Position numbers and translations under genes: made by a program. From positions 96,001 through 160,000 of the forward strand of contig CAVXKA010000003.1 of the NCBI GenBank assembly GCA_963762255.1: a stretch of DNA of 64,000 nt, written 5' to 3'. Shown here in pieces: positions 1 through 9,728 of this stretch (within the stretch, counting starts at the first letter, position 1; the number at the start of each line of letters is the position of its first letter). The notes beneath the pieces were generated by a model. That model ran no database searches, was not told the DNA's origin, and worked only from the letters and a program-made list of their open reading frames with translations. This stretch comes from Candidatus Eiseniibacteriota bacterium (GTDB lineage: Bacteria; Eisenbacteria; RBG-16-71-46; JABDJR01).

Positions 1-1079
1 CACTGCGAGAGGGAGAGCTTGCGCGTGACGAGGCCGGTGAGAATGAGCGCCACGCCCACCGGAGCGTCGCGGCCCAGATGCAGCGCGGGGAGGATCACGC
101 CGCCGTTACCCTCGCCGCCGATGCGCGCTTCCGCGGCAAGAATGCCCTCGACGACATTGGCCTCGCCCACCGGCGTGCGCACGACGCGCTGCCCGTGCGC
201 GCGCGCGACCGCTTCGAGACGGGCGCTCGTGGAAAGGTTCGTCACCACCGGGCCGGGCCGCACCGAGAGCACATGGTCGGCGGCGAGCGCGAGCGTGCAT
301 TCCTCGCCGATCGCGGTGCCGTGCTCGTCGACGAGCGAGAGCCGGTCCACGTCGGGGTCGAAGGCCATGCCCACGTCGGCCCCCTGCTTGCGCACGGTGT
401 CGCACAGGATGCCCAGGTTCTCGGCCAGAGGCTCGGGGGGGCGCGGGAAGAGTCCCGTGGGCTCTTCGAAGAGGATGGTCACGTCGCAGCCGAGGCGTTC
501 GAGCAGCATGCGCGCGATGGCCCCGCCCGCTCCGTGGACCGCGTCGAGCACCACGCGCGGACGGCGCGCGGCGATCGCCTTGGCGTCCACTTCTTCGAGG
601 CCGAGGATGAGATCGACGTGGTGCTGGATCGCGTCGGTGATCTCGGTGCGGCGGCCGAGCGCGTCCCATCGCGCGGAGAGAGCCGGTTCGTCCACCGAGG
701 CGAGAAACCGCGCCGCGTCGGCGGGCCCGAGAAAGCGCCCGCTCGGACCCACGAACTTGAGCGCGTTCCACTCCACCGGATTGTGGCTCGCGGTCAGCGC
801 GAGGCCGCCCGCCGCGTGCTGCCGCTCGACCTCGATCTGCACCGTGGGCGTGGGGACGATGCCGATCTCGATCACGTCGCGCCCGGCGCCCTGCAGCGCG
901 GCCAGCACGGCGTGGCGAAGCACGGGGCCGGAGGGGCGCGAGTCGCGTCCGAAGACCACGGGGCCGGGGCCGAGGGTGCGCGCGAAAGCCCCCGCGTAGC
1001 GAAGGATGACTTCGGGGGTCAGGCTCTCACCCACCACCCCACGGACACCGGACACACCGGCCATCAGTTTCGAGGTCAC
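1..1079 (-). CDS. glmM: Phosphoglucosamine mutase / alpha-D-phosphohexomutase (3' end runs off the window)
   Basis: Manual translation gives VTSKLMAGVSGVRGVVGESLTP, GRDSRPSG, IVPTPTVQ, the catalytic TASHNP motif and the metal loop DPDADR. GTG start with GGAGG upstream. Not in the ORF track because there is no stop in the window. Confidence 0.85.
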   Translation of the reverse strand, partial: MTSKLMAGVSGVRGVVGESLTPEVILRYAGAFARTLGPGPVVFGRDSRPSGPVLRHAVLAALQGAGRDVIEIGIVPTPTVQIEVERQHAAGGLALTASHNPVEWNALKFVGPSGRFLGPADAARFLASVDEPALSARWDALGRRTEITDAIQHHVDLILGLEEVDAKAIAARRPRVVLDAVHGAGGAIARMLLERLGCDVTILFEEPTGLFPRPPEPLAENLGILCDTVRKQGADVGMAFDPDVDRLSLVDEHGTAIGEECTLALAADHVLSVRPGPVVTNLSTSARLEAVARAHGQRVVRTPVGEANVVEGILAAEARIGGEGNGGVILPALHLGRDAPVGVALILTGLVTRKLSLSQ

Positions 1080-1183
1080 TCGATCCCTCCATGCGCCCGG
1101 CCACCCGAGGGCGCACGGAGCGGGCGGGAGAGCGTCCCGGGAACCCGACGGACGCGCGTCCCCGGAGTCGGGGAGATGAATGC

Positions 1184-1259
1184 TGGAGCTGGTGAGCGGA
1201 ATCGAACCGCTGACCTGCGCATTACGAGTGCGCTGCTCTACCGGCTGAGCTACACCAGC
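1184..1259 (-). tRNA. tRNA-Thr(CGT)
   Basis: 76-nt cloverleaf GCTGGTGTAGCTCAG...GGTTCGATTCC...ACCAGCTCCA, anticodon loop CTCGTAA, encoded CCA. Confidence 0.96.
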
Positions 1260-1272
1260 CCCGAAAGAAAGT

Positions 1273-1348
<76 letters not shown>

Positions 1349-1407
1349 ACCGAAAACCGGCGCAGTAGACTAGCAAGGGCTCCCGATCGAGGCAAGCCCG
1401 ATCGTCC

Positions 1408-2760
1408 TCAATCGCGGCGACGGTCCCTGGCGCCTCGTCGATCCCGGAGTTGGCGGCGCCGATCCTGATTGCCCGGGATGGGAAGGGTGAGCGCGAAGAC
1501 CAGCGGCCAATCGCTGTTCGAGACCACCCGCAGCGTGCCGCGGTGGTCCCGCAGAACGCGCTCCGCGGCGTCATAGCTTGGCCCGTCGCGATCGGCGTTC
1601 TCCGGGTGGAAGGGCGCCCAGAGCTCGTCGAGAGTATGACCGGGGTCACGGACACCGTCGGCGGCGACCAGCGCCTCGACCACGTCCCCGCGGCGACGCG
1701 TCTCCACCTTGACTCTCCCACCCTCCGGCGCGCGCTCCATCGCCGCGCGGAGCAGGTTCAGGAAGAATCGGCGCAGGAGCGCGCTATCGAGAAGGAGTGA
1801 CGGCAGCCCCGGCGCAAGCCGGCGCGTGACTCGCAGCTTGCGTCGCTGCATCTCGGCGTCCACCAGCATCAGACATTCGGCGAGCAGTCGATTGAGATCC
1901 TCCGGCCGCAACTGCGGCTCCCTCAGCTCGGCGAGATCGATCTGATCGGTGAGCAGGCGATCGAGGCGCGCCACCTCCTGTGCCATGACCTCGAGCAAGG
2001 GATGCCGCGGATCGCTTTCCTCGGTCTCACCGGCGAGGCGGGCGGCGATGCCGCCGAGACTCGCCAGGGGCGCCTGCATCTCCTGCGCGGTTCGCGCGGC
2101 GGTCTCGCCCGCGAAGGCAAGCCGTTCCGCGCGCAGACGCGCCTTCTCGCTCTCCTCGATCGTCGCGGTGAGCACGGCGAGGCCACGGCGCGTGCGGTCG
2201 AGGCGAACCGCGAGGGCGGCGAACCGTGCGGCCGCACCGAGCGCCGGCAGGAGCCGGCCGGCCCGCGCGGCGTCTGCCGTCGTGGCGGCGCCGGCCCGTG
2301 CGGGATCGCCGTCGGTTCCGGGATCGAAGACGACGAGCGCCCCGTCGACCGCCCCCTCCGACAGGAGCGGGACGACATGGACGGGGCCGGTCCGGTCGGT
2401 GAGGTCGGCAAAGCGCGCATCGCCGGCGGGGTTCGCAACCGAAAGCGGGAGCTTGCTCGCCGCGACCCACCCGGCCAGGCGGCGCGCGAAGGCGAGGAGT
2501 TCTCCACGCCGGTCCGCCTCGTCGAGGCCCGCCGAGCCCAGGATCGCGAAGTCCTCGCGATCCCGTTCCCGGCCGAATACGAGCACGTGATCGAAGCGGA
2601 ACTCGCCGGCCAGCCGGGCCGCCACGTGGGCGGCGGCGGCTCGCGCGCCCTCGGCGAGCGCGATCGCCAGCGATTCCAGGCGCGACCACTCCGCAGCCGG
2701 ATCCCCCGCCGCGTTGACGCTGCTCGCGGTGCTGCCTAGACTCTGTCTCTTCGATTCCAT
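1408..2760 (-). CDS. GAF-domain histidine-kinase-like protein with degenerate catalytic motifs (probable pseudokinase)
   Basis: GAF-like N-terminus (GWVAASKLPLSVANPAGDARF, VVPLL). HisKA-like ERLAFAGETAARTAQEMQAPL. HATPase-like NLLRAA...WAPF...HRGTL. ATG at 2760 (MESKRQ) chosen over the longer ORF start. Confidence 0.7.
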   Translation of the reverse strand: MESKRQSLGSTASSVNAAGDPAAEWSRLESLAIALAEGARAAAAHVAARLAGEFRFDHVLVFGRERDREDFAILGSAGLDEADRRGELLAFARRLAGWVAASKLPLSVANPAGDARFADLTDRTGPVHVVPLLSEGAVDGALVVFDPGTDGDPARAGAATTADAARAGRLLPALGAAARFAALAVRLDRTRRGLAVLTATIEESEKARLRAERLAFAGETAARTAQEMQAPLASLGGIAARLAGETEESDPRHPLLEVMAQEVARLDRLLTDQIDLAELREPQLRPEDLNRLLAECLMLVDAEMQRRKLRVTRRLAPGLPSLLLDSALLRRFFLNLLRAAMERAPEGGRVKVETRRRGDVVEALVAADGVRDPGHTLDELWAPFHPENADRDGPSYDAAERVLRDHRGTLRVVSNSDWPLVFALTLPIPGNQDRRRQLRDRRGARDRRRD

Positions 2761-2809
2761 GGTTCTTTCGTTTCTTCTCGGCGCGACGCGCCACGGGAGC
2801 CCAATCTTC

Positions 2810-3145
2810 ATGAGCGAGGACAAACCCACCGAACGCAAGGCCGCGCCGCCGCAGGCACCGGCCCAGAACCTGCAACTCACGATCGACGAAGCCGAAGCGC
2901 AGGGCATCTACGCCAACTTCGCCATCATCGCGCACTCGAACTCGGAGGTGATCCTCGACTTCGCGCGCAACCTGCCCGGTCTGGCCAAGGCCAAGGTGCA
3001 CGCTCGCATCATCCTGACGCCGCCGAATGCGAAGGCACTGCACCGAGCGCTCGGCGAGAACCTCGCCAAGTTCGAGGCGCACTTCGGACCGATCAACCTC
3101 GGCGGCGCGAACGACCCGGAGAAGTCGATCGGGTTCCGGTCGTAG
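2810..3145 (+). CDS. DUF3467 family protein
   Basis: IDEAEAQGIYANFAIIAHSNSEVILDFA...KVHARIILTPPNAKALHRALGENLAKFEAHFGPI is typical of this family. Confidence 0.85.
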   Translation: MSEDKPTERKAAPPQAPAQNLQLTIDEAEAQGIYANFAIIAHSNSEVILDFARNLPGLAKAKVHARIILTPPNAKALHRALGENLAKFEAHFGPINLGGANDPEKSIGFRS

Positions 3146-3202
3146 CTCCGCGAAGGTCGCCGTTTCTTGGGGCCGTGACGGCCGCAAGAAACCGTTCTGG
3201 GG

Positions 3203-4144
3203 TTATCGGCAGGCCGGGGAGACGGGTGAAGGGGTCGTCCGGGGAGGCCGCGTCTTCCACCTGCGGTGAACCCAGAACCAGTGATCGGGATACCGGCGCA
3301 CGTAGGTCTCGACCAGCGCCGTGTAGTGAGCGGCCAGTCGGCGCGCTTCGGCCTCCACCGCCTCCGGGCTCGTGGCCGGTACGGGCATAATCGGAGGGTG
3401 GAGTTCGCCGCGCCAACCGTCCCCTTCGCGCACGGCGAATCCGGTCACGAGCGGCACCCCGGTGCGCGCGGCGAGACGGAACAACCCCGGCTGCACGGAG
3501 GCTGGCCGCCCGAGGAAGTCGATGAAGAAGCCGTTCGGCCCGCCGTCCTGATCGGCGAGGGTGGCCACGAAGTCACCTCGGCGCAGCGCCACCAGGATCG
3601 GTTTCAAGCTCGTGCCCACCGTGATCGCGCCGAGACCCATGCGATTCCGGTAGCGCGCGAAGAGAGCTTCGACGAGCGGGTTGCGCTGGCGGCCGCCCAG
3701 AATCGTGACCGGGTAACCCGCCGCGGCCACCGTGGGGGCCAAGGCCTCCCAGTTGCCGAAATGCGCGGAGAGGAGGATCGCCCCCCGCCCGGCGTGGCGC
3801 GCTTCCGAGCACACCTCATGGTCCGCGAGACGCATCGGATCCAGAATCGGCTCGCGAGGCTCACGCTCGAATCGTGCAAAGGACGCCAGCACGAGACCGA
3901 GATTCTCCAGCATGCCGCGGTAGATCGCGTATCGCTCCTCTTCGGACTTCTCCGGAAACGCGAGACGCAGGTTGGTCAAGGCGACCTCGCGCCGCAGCGC
4001 CACGCACCGTGCGGCGAAACGGCCGAAGCCTCTGCCCCAACGCATCGCCCGCTCGCGCGAGGGGATGCGATACACCGCGAGGAGCGCGGATAGCGCCGCG
4101 TACTCGATCCGGTCGCGAACATCGGGGGTCTCGTGCCGCGCCAT
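3203..4144 (-). CDS. Lipid A lauroyl/lysophospholipid acyltransferase (LpxL/HtrB family)
   Basis: NLRLAFPEKS, AHFGNWE (HX4E), LADQD, IDFLG, YPDHWFWVHRRWK. Confidence 0.9.
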   Translation of the reverse strand: MARHETPDVRDRIEYAALSALLAVYRIPSRERAMRWGRGFGRFAARCVALRREVALTNLRLAFPEKSEEERYAIYRGMLENLGLVLASFARFEREPREPILDPMRLADHEVCSEARHAGRGAILLSAHFGNWEALAPTVAAAGYPVTILGGRQRNPLVEALFARYRNRMGLGAITVGTSLKPILVALRRGDFVATLADQDGGPNGFFIDFLGRPASVQPGLFRLAARTGVPLVTGFAVREGDGWRGELHPPIMPVPATSPEAVEAEARRLAAHYTALVETYVRRYPDHWFWVHRRWKTRPPRTTPSPVSPACR

Positions 4145-4151
4145 CGTCCGT

Positions 4152-4880
4152 CTACCGCCGGCAGACGTGCAGCGCCGCGATGCCGCCGCTCAGGAGTTGC
4201 CACGTGACTTCGCGGAAGCCCGCCCGGCGCGCGATATCCGCCAGCCCGGACGGGTTGGGGAAGCGGGCCACCGATTCCGGCAGGTAGGCGTAAGCGTCGC
4301 GGTGGCCGCTCACCAATCCGCCGACCACCGGGAGCACACTGCGAAAGTACGCGTGGTACAGGGCGCGGAAGGCGCGATTGGGCGGCGTGGTGAACTCCAG
4401 CACCGCGAAGATTCCGTCGGGGACCAGCACGCGCGCCGCCTCGTCGAACGCGCGCGGGAGCGAGGCCACGTTGCGAATGCCGAAGCCGACGCAAGCGCGG
4501 TCCACCGAGCTATCGGGGAGCGGCACCCGCTCGGCGTCTCCGCGCACGAACCAATAGGAGGCGCTCCCCCGCTTCGCCAGCCCGCGTGCCAGCATCCGGC
4601 CCGCAAGGTCCACGCCGATCACGGTCAGGCCCGGCTCCGACCGGAGCGCCTCGAAACCCAGATCGCCCGTCCCCGCGCAGAGGTCGAGCAGACGGTGCCC
4701 CGCGCGCAGTTCGAGCGCACGCACCGTCCGGCGGCGCCAGCGCACGTCGACTCCCGCGCTCAGAACATGGTTGAGTAAGTCGTAGCGGTGCGCCACCCCA
4801 TCGAACATGGCGCCGATCCGCCGCTTCTGCTCGAGATCGCCGGGGCGGGGCCGCTCCGACGGTCGTCTCGCGCTCACCAC
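4152..4880 (-). CDS. menG: Demethylmenaquinone methyltransferase (UbiE/MenG)
   Basis: MFDGVAHRYDLLNHVLSAG, SAM motif LDLCAGTGD, FGIRNV, AYAYLPESV; lies in the mqn operon. Confidence 0.92.
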   Translation of the reverse strand: MVSARRPSERPRPGDLEQKRRIGAMFDGVAHRYDLLNHVLSAGVDVRWRRRTVRALELRAGHRLLDLCAGTGDLGFEALRSEPGLTVIGVDLAGRMLARGLAKRGSASYWFVRGDAERVPLPDSSVDRACVGFGIRNVASLPRAFDEAARVLVPDGIFAVLEFTTPPNRAFRALYHAYFRSVLPVVGGLVSGHRDAYAYLPESVARFPNPSGLADIARRAGFREVTWQLLSGGIAALHVCRR

Positions 4881-4884
4881 GAGG

Positions 4885-5508
4885 TCACTCCCCTGCGCCC
4901 CAGCGCGGGAAGAGATCGTGCGAGGGCGGAATGCCGAGCTGCTCCATCACCCGCGCCGCGATGAAATCGCCGAGGTCCTCCATCGAGCGGGGCTTCTGAT
5001 AGAAGGCCGGATCGGCGGGGAGGATCACCGCGCCGGCGTCGTGGAGCCGGAGCAGGTTCTCTAGGTGGATGCGGCTGAGCGGCGTCTCGCGCGGCACGAT
5101 GACCAGCGGCCGGCGTTCCTTGAGCGTCACCATCGCCGCCCGATCCACAAGCGTACTGCAGAGCCCGGACGCAACGGCCCCCACCGTGCGCATGCTCGCC
5201 GGACAGATGGCCATGCCGTGAACCGGAAAGGAACCGCTCGAGATGCTCGCCCCCAGATCCCGGTTCGAGTGGGCGACGACCTGCCCGTCGCTCATGATGA
5301 GCTCGTGTCGCTCGCGCAGTTCATCGATCAGGCGGCGCGGATCGCCGGAGAGTTCGCGCTCCTCCTTGAGCAAGCGCGCGCCGTACTCGGACAGGACGAG
5401 GTGCACGCTGTGCCCGTCCTCGATGAGCGCCTTCAAGAGCCGTTCGGCGTAGATGGCCCCGCTGGCGCCGGTCACCGCGAGCACGATGCGCTTGGGCGTC
5501 TCGTTCAC
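4885..5508 (-). CDS. ubiX: Flavin prenyltransferase UbiX
   Basis: RIVLAVTGASGAIY, SISSGSF, RAAMVTLKERRPLVIVPRETPL, PAFYQKP. GTG start overlaps the upstream stop. Confidence 0.93.
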   Translation of the reverse strand: MNETPKRIVLAVTGASGAIYAERLLKALIEDGHSVHLVLSEYGARLLKEERELSGDPRRLIDELRERHELIMSDGQVVAHSNRDLGASISSGSFPVHGMAICPASMRTVGAVASGLCSTLVDRAAMVTLKERRPLVIVPRETPLSRIHLENLLRLHDAGAVILPADPAFYQKPRSMEDLGDFIAARVMEQLGIPPSHDLFPRWGAGE

Positions 5509-6395
5509 AGCATCACCCCCGCCGCCGCCGCGGCCAGAAAGACCATGCCGATCACCGCGTTCATGTCGAAGAACGCACGATTGATCCGGCTCAAATCGTC
5601 GGGCTTCACGAGCCGATGCTCGTAGGCCAGGATCGCGGCGACGATCACGAGCCCGGCGTAGTACCACACCGAGAGCCCGAGCACAGGCCCCAGAGCCGCC
5701 AGCGCCGCTACCGCTCCCAGATGCAGCGCCCGTGCCGCACCGATCGCCCCGCGCACGCCGAAGTGGGCGGGAATGCTGCGCAGGCCCTGCGCGCGGTCGA
5801 ACTCGATGTCCTGAAGCGCGTAAAACACGTCGAAGGCCGCCGACCAGCAGAGCACGCCGAGCGCGAGCAGAAACGGCGCTGCGTCGAGACGGCCCGTCAC
5901 CGCGACCCAACCGCCGACCGGCGCCACCGCCAGCGAGAGCCCGAGGAAGAGATGGCTCGCCCAGGTGAATCGCTTCGTATACGAGTAGCCAAGCACAATC
6001 GCCAGCGCCAGCGGCGACAGCGCGAAGGCGAGCCGGTTGAGCATCGCCGCCGCCAGGACGAAGAGCGCGACCGCGATCGCGGTGAAGGTCCACGCGGTGG
6101 CGACGCTCAGCGCGCCGCGCGGGATCTCACGGTCGCGCGTGCGCGGGTTCACGGCATCGATGCGCGCGTCGGCAATGCGGTTGAAGGCCATCGCCGCCGA
6201 GCGCGCACCCACCATGGCCACGATCACCCAGAGCCAGACCCGTGCCGGGGGCCACGCCCCTTGCCGGTGCACCGCGAAGAGAACCCCGGAGAGCGCGAAG
6301 GGGAGCGCGAAGACCGAATGCGAGAAACGGATCATGTGCCCGTAGAGGAGCACGCGCTCCCCCAGGCCGCGGGCCGGGCTCCGGGCGGCGTCCAT
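5505..6395 (-). CDS. UbiA-family polyprenyltransferase of the futalosine pathway (MqnP-like)
   Basis: MIRFSHSVFALPFA, ARSAAMAFNRIADARIDAVNPRT, YSYTKRFT, FDVFYALQDIEFD. Confidence 0.9.
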   Translation of the reverse strand: MDAARSPARGLGERVLLYGHMIRFSHSVFALPFALSGVLFAVHRQGAWPPARVWLWVIVAMVGARSAAMAFNRIADARIDAVNPRTRDREIPRGALSVATAWTFTAIAVALFVLAAAMLNRLAFALSPLALAIVLGYSYTKRFTWASHLFLGLSLAVAPVGGWVAVTGRLDAAPFLLALGVLCWSAAFDVFYALQDIEFDRAQGLRSIPAHFGVRGAIGAARALHLGAVAALAALGPVLGLSVWYYAGLVIVAAILAYEHRLVKPDDLSRINRAFFDMNAVIGMVFLAAAAAGVML

Positions 6396-6400
6396 GGCCT

Positions 6401-7513
6401 CTACGCCGGCGCCCCCGCCGGCTCCAGGACGTCGTAGCGCATGCCGCGGCGGATCGGCTCGAACCCCGCGCGCTCCACGCAGCGGCGGATCTTCGCCTCG
6501 TCCAGGTCGTAGATCGTGCCCGCCGCCGAGACCACGTTCTCCTCCATCATGACGCTGCCGAAGTCGTCGGCGCCGTAGAAGAGCGCGAGCTGCCCGATCT
6601 TCTCCCCCATCGTCACCCAGGAGGACTGGATGTGCGGGACGTTGTCGAGGAAGAGACGCGCCGTCGCGGTGACCCGCAGGTACTCGACCGCCGTCGCCGG
6701 CCGCTTCACGCGCTTCTTGAGCGCGGTGTGGTCGGGCTGGAACGGCCAGCAGATGAACGCGGTGAACCCGCCGGTCTCGTCCTGCAGGTCGCGCAGCATG
6801 CGCAGGTGCTCGATGCGGTCCCGCGCGGTCTCGATGCTGCCGAACATCATCGTGGCGGTGGTGGGAATGCCGAGGAGATGCGCCTGGCGATGCACGTCGA
6901 TCCATGTCTCGCCGTCGCACTTGCCCACCGCGATCTCGCCGCGGACCGGCGCGGCGAGGATCTCCGCTCCGCCCCCGGGAATCGAATCGAGGCCCGCGTC
7001 CTGAAGCCGCGAGAGCGTCTCGCGGATGCTGAGTCCCGACAGCGACGCGATGGCCACGATCTCCGGCGCACTGTACGCGTGGAGCCAGAGCCCGGGGAAC
7101 TCCTGCTTGATGCGACGCAGCATGCCCGCGTACCAGTCGATCCGGTAGTCGGGATGCAGCCCGCCCTGGAGCAGCACCTGGTTCCCGCCGATCGCGCGCA
7201 GCTCGCGGATCTTCTGCGCGAGTTCCTCCCACGAAAGGACGTATCCGTGAGGAGACGTCTCGGGAACATAGAACGCGCAGAACCGACAGCGCGCCGTGCA
7301 ATAGTTGCTGTAGTTGATGTTGCGGTCGATGTTATAGGTGACCCGCGGCTCGGGGTTGTGACGGAAGCGCGCCTCGTGGGCGAGTGCGCCCAGCCAGCCC
7401 AGCTCGGCGTGGTCATGTAGCCATAGCGCTTCGTCCGCGGTGATGCGGCCCCCTTCCGAGAGGCGCTCCTCCAGCGAGAGATCGCGCTCCATCGTGTCAA
7501 CCGGTGACGGCAT
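6401..7513 (-). CDS. mqnC: Cyclic dehypoxanthinyl futalosine synthase (radical SAM)
   Basis: VTYNIDRNINYSNYCTARCRFCAF, QVLLQGGLHP, SIPGGGAEIL, HIQSSWVTMG, GADDFGSVMMEENVVSAAG. Confidence 0.93.
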   Translation of the reverse strand: MPSPVDTMERDLSLEERLSEGGRITADEALWLHDHAELGWLGALAHEARFRHNPEPRVTYNIDRNINYSNYCTARCRFCAFYVPETSPHGYVLSWEELAQKIRELRAIGGNQVLLQGGLHPDYRIDWYAGMLRRIKQEFPGLWLHAYSAPEIVAIASLSGLSIRETLSRLQDAGLDSIPGGGAEILAAPVRGEIAVGKCDGETWIDVHRQAHLLGIPTTATMMFGSIETARDRIEHLRMLRDLQDETGGFTAFICWPFQPDHTALKKRVKRPATAVEYLRVTATARLFLDNVPHIQSSWVTMGEKIGQLALFYGADDFGSVMMEENVVSAAGTIYDLDEAKIRRCVERAGFEPIRRGMRYDVLEPAGAPA

Positions 7514-8282
7514 GCGTGCTCCCCGCCGAGGCGTCCGCGAAGTATCCCGCCTCGCGGCCCCGCTGCAAGTAGGTGTCCATTCCCTGGCGCTCCCGCGCCC
7601 CAAGACGGTAACGAACATGGTGGCGCAGATAGCTCTCGATCAGCGCCTGCCGCGCGGGGTCGCCGGGAGCGGCCTCGCGAGCCAGGACATCGAGCCGCGT
7701 CGCGTTCTCTTCGTAACATGCGAGCAGCGCGTCGGCGAGGCCCGGCGCCTGCGCGCCCGGACCCGCCCACACCGCGAACACGAAGGGGAGCCCCGTCCAG
7801 GAACGCCACGCGCCGCCCAGATCCACGCGCTCCAAGACGCGACCGGGCCAAAAGAGGGCGTCGTCGCCGATGACGACCGCGGCGTCCCCCGCTGCGAGCC
7901 GCTCCTCAACGCTCTCCCCGCCCGGGACGATCTCGACGTCGCGCCCCAACCGCTCGCGCAACCAGAGGCGCGCGAGAACATTGGATGTGCGCGACGCGGG
8001 ATCGATCACCAGGCGCCGCGTCTCATCGATCGGCCGGTTGGCAAGCAGCAGCACCGAGCGCACAGGCCCGTCGGAGACGATCCCGAGGCCCTCGGCGATC
8101 GGCCACTCGGGATGCGAGGCCAGAGCCGCCACCGGCACGATTCCCACGTCGAGTGTGCCCTCGGATAGCCCGTCGGCGATCATGGCTGGCGTCGCCGGAC
8201 GGATCTCGGCGCCGGGAAGATGCCGGTTCAGGCCCGTGGCCAGCGGCAGCGTGTTCGCGTAGCGCACGACGCCGATCCGCAT
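7497..8282 (-). CDS. mqnA: Chorismate dehydratase (menaquinone biosynthesis)
   Basis: MRIGVVRYANTLPL, GPVRSVLL, SRTSNVLAR, IGDDAL, DLGGAWRSWTGLPFVFAVW. Confidence 0.9.
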   Translation of the reverse strand: MRIGVVRYANTLPLATGLNRHLPGAEIRPATPAMIADGLSEGTLDVGIVPVAALASHPEWPIAEGLGIVSDGPVRSVLLLANRPIDETRRLVIDPASRTSNVLARLWLRERLGRDVEIVPGGESVEERLAAGDAAVVIGDDALFWPGRVLERVDLGGAWRSWTGLPFVFAVWAGPGAQAPGLADALLACYEENATRLDVLAREAAPGDPARQALIESYLRHHVRYRLGARERQGMDTYLQRGREAGYFADASAGSTHAVTG

Positions 8283-9433
8283 CAGACCGGGTACTCCCGC
8301 ACGGTGCGATACAGCGCGTCGCGCTCGATCGGCTCGCGACCGGCAGCGCGGATGAGTTCGACGATCTCCTCCACCGACATGGCCTGATCGGTCGTCGCGC
8401 CGGCCATATGGTAGATGTGCTCCTCCACGACGGTGCCGTCGACGTCGTCCACGCCCATCCACAGCGCGGCCTGGGCGAGCTTCGGCGTGTGCATGGGCCA
8501 GTACGCCTTGATGTGGGGCACGTTGTCGAGGAGAAGCCGCCCGATGGCGAGGTTCTTCAAGTCGTCCAGCCCGGTGGGCGGGTCCAGCTTGCGCAGCCGG
8601 TTGTTTTCGTTGTGGAACGCGAGCGGGATGAAGGCCTGGAAGCCGCCGGTCTCGTCCTGCAGCTCGCGGAGCATGAGCAGGTGCTCGACCCTGTCCTCGT
8701 CCTTCTCGATGTGGCCGTAGAGCATCGTGCAGTTCGACTTCACGCCCATCCGGTGAACGCGGCGCGCGGTGTCCAACCAGCCCGCTCCGTCCACCTTGCC
8801 GCGCACGATCTTCTTGCGCACGCGCTCGCCGAGGATCTCCGCCCCACCGCCGGTGCATGCGTCGAGCCCGGCCGCCTTCAAGTCGGACACCACCTCCTCG
8901 ATCGACTTCCCGGAGATCTTTGCGAAGAAGACGATCTCGGCCATGGTGTACGCCTTCACGTGCACCTCGGGCCGGACCTCCTTGATCCAGCGCAGCGTGT
9001 CCACGAAATAGTCGTAGCCCACTTCGGGGTTGTGTCCCCCCACGACATGCACCTCGCGGATGTCCTCGGTGACGATCTCGCGCACCCGCTGCTGGATCTG
9101 GGTCTTCGACAGCGTCCACCCCCGCGGATCGCCGGGATCTGCCTTGTAGGCGCAGAACATGCAGTCGGCTTCACACACGTTGGTGGGGTTGAGATGGCGG
9201 TTGCGCACGAAGTACGTGCGGCCGCCGTGGAGCCGCTCGCGGGCGATGTTGGCGAGGAGGCCCAGCGCACCGATATCGGTCTGCGCATAGAGCGCGAGGC
9301 CGTCGTCGTAACCGAGTCGCTCCCCCGCCTCCACCCGGTCGGCGATCAAGCCCAGCCCGACCCGCTCCAGGCGGCGGCGAAGCGCGGGGGTCGACGGGCG
9401 GGCGTCCGGGACGGCGGGTGCGATGGGGTTCAC
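8282..9433 (-). CDS. mqnE: Aminofutalosine synthase (radical SAM)
   Basis: RNRHLNPTNVCEADCMFCAY, EVHVVGG, HVKAYT, NCTMLYGHIE, HIKAYW, DGTVVEEHIYHMAGA. Start position uncertain. Confidence 0.92.
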   Translation of the reverse strand: MNPIAPAVPDARPSTPALRRRLERVGLGLIADRVEAGERLGYDDGLALYAQTDIGALGLLANIARERLHGGRTYFVRNRHLNPTNVCEADCMFCAYKADPGDPRGWTLSKTQIQQRVREIVTEDIREVHVVGGHNPEVGYDYFVDTLRWIKEVRPEVHVKAYTMAEIVFFAKISGKSIEEVVSDLKAAGLDACTGGGAEILGERVRKKIVRGKVDGAGWLDTARRVHRMGVKSNCTMLYGHIEKDEDRVEHLLMLRELQDETGGFQAFIPLAFHNENNRLRKLDPPTGLDDLKNLAIGRLLLDNVPHIKAYWPMHTPKLAQAALWMGVDDVDGTVVEEHIYHMAGATTDQAMSVEEIVELIRAAGREPIERDALYRTVREYPV

Positions 9434-9648
9434 TGGCTGCGCTCCGTGAGACCGGGGAGGCGCGGTGACCCCGGCGGTATCGAGATGGCATCGCCCGACG
9501 GCCGAACGACCGTCCGCATCATAGATGGAACAGGATAGCGAACCCATCCCGGCTGCGTCAAAAGTGTGGGCCGTCGCCCCGGGAGGCGCCGGACCGAGGC
9601 GGGAACGAGCCGCGCGATTCGAGCCCCCTGGAAAACCTAATACGATTC

Positions 9649-9657
9649 TGTTATAGT
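9649..9657 (+). promoter_or_regulatory. Putative extended -10 promoter (TGTTATAGT) for the 9729 gene
   Basis: TGn-TATAGT in an AT-rich patch about 70 bp upstream of a GAGGAGG RBS. Confidence 0.45.
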
Positions 9658-9728
9658 GTAGTCCTCTCCGGTCTTGGCCGGGACAGCCCGTTCTTTACGC
9701 ACCCATTGCTCATGCTGAGGAGGTCCCC

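Noticed and set aside
4885-9119. Long N-terminal extensions in the ORF track for ubiX, ubiA and mqnA (also obgE, comEA and the Omp85 gene) suggesting fusions
   Set aside because: The extensions are off-frame reads of the upstream gene; the true starts lie at the stop/start overlaps or RBS sites.
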